Shown here piece by piece: positions 58,005-64,000 of a DNA stretch of 64,000 bases. The first letter of the stretch is position 1. Each line of letters begins with the position of its first letter. The translations under genes and the position numbers were made by a program. The stretch is from the human T2T-CHM13v2.0 reference genome, Homo sapiens: NCBI RefSeq assembly GCF_009914755.1, contig NC_060934.1, one strand, 5' to 3'. The notes below the pieces were generated by a model. The model saw only the letters and a list, made by a program, of their open reading frames with translations, was not told where the DNA came from and made no database searches.

Positions 58005-58935
<931 letters not shown>

Positions 58936-60984
58936 GTTTTCATATTATATTATTCTAAGTGCAAAGATAAGACAACGCCATAGAAAATTTGGAAATTATG
59001 CCTTGAGCAATTTTTTTAAAAAAGTTTTCATTTTAAAAAATCATAAAGTTTATATAAATCCATGCTTATTGTAACAATTCAAAGACATTTCTAGCAGAAA
59101 AAAGTCTATCTGCTCCTCCATCACTTTCCCCCTAGCTGATAAATGTTGACCCTTTAGTAAGTATCTTTCCAGACATTTTCCAGGCATTGATAGAGTTTTG
59201 GGATTTTTCTTTTTACATGAACATGTCATACTATCCATATTATTTGCTTTGAAATCTTTCTATACATTTCTTGTGAATTTCAAGTTGGAAAGACTGTCCC
59301 AGAGCCAGGCGGGTGGTCCCTGGAGGAGAGACCCTCAGATCTGTGACCTGTCCTTGCTCTGTTAAAAAAAGTTTGGAAGTCTGGGCCACAGGTATGGACA
59401 AAGTTGTCCTTGAGTGGATGGATAAAGAATGTATTATAATTTTCTTTTTGTTATCTGCATATATAAATTCTTTGTAAAATGAGTATGAATTGCTTTTATA
59501 ATAAGAAAAAAAAGTGGGGAAGAATTGAGGGCCTGCAGTCTTGGTGCCCAGCTTGTACCTTAATTTAGCACTAACTTCATTCCTTCTCATTGCATAATGA
59601 GTTGTTTATGTGTTTGCCTCCCTTGAGGGCGGACAGGCTTATTCATCTCCTTGCCCTCCTGACTCCTTCCCTGCTCAGGGCTGAGCCCCATGCCAGGCAC
59701 ACAGCAGGATTGCTGAACCAGCAAGTAGCCCCTGCAGGGTTGTGGTGGAGGCTGCAGAGGAGAGGGTGGGTCCCAAAGACCCCCATATGCCCTCAGCTCA
59801 GGCTCCCAAAGGAGAGTGCATAGCTGGGGGAGTCCAGGCCCCCAGGACCAGGCTCCCAGTGGTCACACTCTCTGCAGGGGCACTGGGCCCAGCCTCTGTG
59901 GGAAGCTGGGTGTGAGCGCAGGTGCAGTTATTCATGGCAGCCCTGGCCAGAGTACCCATGGCAGGCGGCATCCAGCTGAGGAGTTAATTAGAGCACTGCC
60001 AGGAGCAGGAAAGGGGGGCAGGAGGCTTGGAGGCTTGGGCTCCCTTTCCATAGAGATAGAAATAGCTGGGCTCCTGGCGGAGGCGGAGAGCAGTACACAC
60101 AGGAATGGAGGTGCGAGCAGCCAGCACCTGGGGCACAGGGTGGGGGTTGTCTTCTTGGGCTCGTCCCGTCATTCTTGTTTGGGAGGGGGAAGGGGAAGGG
60201 GCATGTGGTCTGTGGCCCGGAGGGGGCCTGTCCGAGGCCCTTCTTCTCCTTCCTGGGGCCTCCCCATCTGTCTCCCAAGCCTGGCCTGCCCGGGCTCATG
60301 GGGGGCATCACAACAGCCCCAGAGCCCTGGCCTCACCTTCCTGCCTCTAGCTTTCCATGAGAAGCAGGCTATGAAGGGGTGGGGTGGGGTTCCAGAGCTC
60401 AGGATCATTCTAGCATTTCTAGGGGGTAGTCCCTGGTGGTGCTGGGCAGCTCCGTGCCTGACTCATCTGAAAACACTTTATAAATAACCTGGCAGAGGGA
60501 CGTGGGCTGTCCACCCCCGTACCCGCCACACTCTGTGAGCAGGTGGCAGCACCGAGGTCCTGAGGGCTTTTGAGATGTCCAGGGCAGGGTTCTGGTCAGA
60601 AGCCAGGCCCAGGGGGATGCCGGGAGGGAGTGTTGTCCACCTCTGGTGAATGGCGCTGCAGGGGTTCTGGGCACCATGGAGTCCTCCTCTCAGCTGTGAT
60701 GTTGTCAGCGCCACAACCTTCGATGGGAGCATTGGGGATTTCTGGCTGGGCAAACTGAGCCACTATGGACTAAAGTTGCTGGGAAACCTGGGATGAGTCA
60801 CTTCCCTTCTCTGGGAACCCTCATTGGTAAAATGAAAAGGTTGAACTAGGTGAGTACTAAGGTATATTTTTTATTCTCCTTGGTGGGTACAGGTTGGTGT
60901 TCCTAAATTAGATACCACAAATATTTACTGAGCCCTCATGTCCCTGCACTGTGCTAGGCAGCTCTATGCAATTATTAAAAAAAA

Positions 60985-61723
<739 letters not shown>

Positions 61724-62953
61724 TAGCAAGGGAGTGCGGCCACGGCTCAGGCAAAGGCAGAAAACACCTGACACCGAGAGGGAAGGGCACGGTGGGCTCT
61801 GATGCTTGTCTGAATTTCCCTCAGCAGCCCCATTCACCAGATGGGCCCTGGGACTCGCTCAAGGTCCCATAGCTGGAAGTGATGGGGGCCCTGGGAGGAC
61901 CCAGGTGTTCTGATTTCAAGCCCGGTTTCTTGGGAGGAATGCTCATTGTTTCTATATTCTCTATTTGGAAATATCTCAAGTAGACACGATGGCACCAGGA
62001 GCAAGAGGCCACTGGGCAGAGAAGGCAGGGTCCTGCGTGTTCCTGATCAGGCCTGCTCTGGTCTCAGGCTGGGGAGGACACTGTGTCCTGGTGCTCGGCG
62101 GTGTCTGGCACAGATGGGCGTGTGTGGGTGGGGCAGGAGGAGGAGCAGTTACCCGCAAATGGAGCCTGCGTGCTGGACACGGAGAGTCTCTCCCTTGTCA
62201 GGCCTAAGGGGACACCAGGAGCCCCCCGGGCAGGAACAGTATCTGGGCGGCCAGCGGTTGGACACAGGGCTGCAATAGGGTCTGATTTTGTTCCTGAGGA
62301 AGAAGAGACATTTGACTGGTCAGCCACAGAGGGCAGACGAGGATTCTGGACGCAGATTTCAGCGTGGCACAGCCTGTGTACTCACTGCTGGGGCACTGCC
62401 ACCTGTGAGGTGATGAGCTCCCAGTCCCCCGATGAGTGGTCTTCTGTGAGGGTGTGGAGGAGGGGACTCCATGAGGGAAGGGCTGGATTAGGCTGGTGGT
62501 CCCCAACATGGCAGCACATCAGAATCCCTGGAGGAGTTTGCTTATGGTACAGATCCCCGAGTCGCCCCCCGAGCCCCCACTAGATAGGACTCCCCAGGGA
62601 TGAGCTGCACAACCTCCACGTCAGGCCTTCAGAGGCTGGGGCTCCATTTATCCCAGCCTCCCTTACCCACCCCTGAGATACGCTGTTGAGGTTTCAAGCA
62701 CAGTGCAGCTGCACATGTAGTAGCAGTCCATAGACAGAGAACAAACGGCAACCTCAGGAGACTGCGGATTCAGAGCTTAGTCAGTGGATTTGGTGGCTGC
62801 ACACAGCTTGGACAATGGCTTCCCTGCAGGCCACTCAAGAGACTGATGTCAGGTGTCATGCCTTTGGGGATTAAGATGCTGAAAGGGTTTTGATATCTTT
62901 CAAGGGAAACAGAGCTACAGGGCCTTCAACAAGCTGCTTTGCTCCTGCGGTCA

Positions 62954-63559
<606 letters not shown>

Positions 63560-64000
63560 TTACTTGTTTCCCACTGTCTGCTGGAAGTGTGGCTGTCCTG
63601 GCTAATCAGGCAGGAAGGCCTGGTAGCAATGGAGGCAGGGCAGTTGGTGGGCGGGAAGGAGTGAGCACGTGGACCTTCCAGGCAGTGGGGCCGGCCAGGG
63701 GCAGGGTTCCAGGTCCCAGGGCAGGGGAAACTGCCAGGAAACTATAGGCCCTGCCTCAGAGAGAGGACTGGGGCCAGAAGTGGGGGATTCTGGCTTAGTA
63801 CACTAGCCCTTGAGGCGCATGAGTCCTCCCAAGAGCACGGTGGACAAGTGTAATGTATAGGATACTCCTGGGGTTAGGGACGGGACAGGCAAGGAGACAT
63901 TAATGCCACATCTTGAGGGCACATTCAGGGCCAGGCATTGCATTTGTACAATTTCCAGATTTCACAAAACTCATGGGAGTGGATATCACTTGCCTCATTT

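Noticed and set aside
59816-60487. 223-aa ORF
   Set aside because: G-rich low-complexity translation, non-ATG start, no exon structure or recognisable family.

Overview
Human (or very close primate) genomic DNA, GC-rich and dense in Alu and MIR repeats. The only protein-coding gene supported is SFRP5 (secreted frizzled-related protein 5, a Wnt antagonist) on the minus strand. It has three coding exons (9460-9988, 7822-7899, 5668-6014; 954 nt = 317 aa + stop), a CpG-island promoter near 9.4-10.4 kb and an ATTAAA poly(A) signal at 4921-4926. The remaining ~54 kb is upstream intergenic DNA: about 35 Alu/FLAM copies, MIR, L2, old L1M fragments, MaLR LTRs and hAT DNA-transposon fossils, with several repeat-free islands carrying transcription-factor motif clusters. 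I found no new gene system. The most unusual structures are (1) a ~335-bp-arm inverted duplication at 36.6-37.6 kb with templated micro-duplications at its junctions, (2) a 62-bp, 60/62-identical direct repeat shared by SFRP5 intron 2 and its 3' UTR, bracketing the last coding exon, (3) small template-switch palindromes inside Alus, and (4) candidate endoderm/ductal and developmental enhancers. Repeat subfamily calls and boundaries were made by eye and are approximate.
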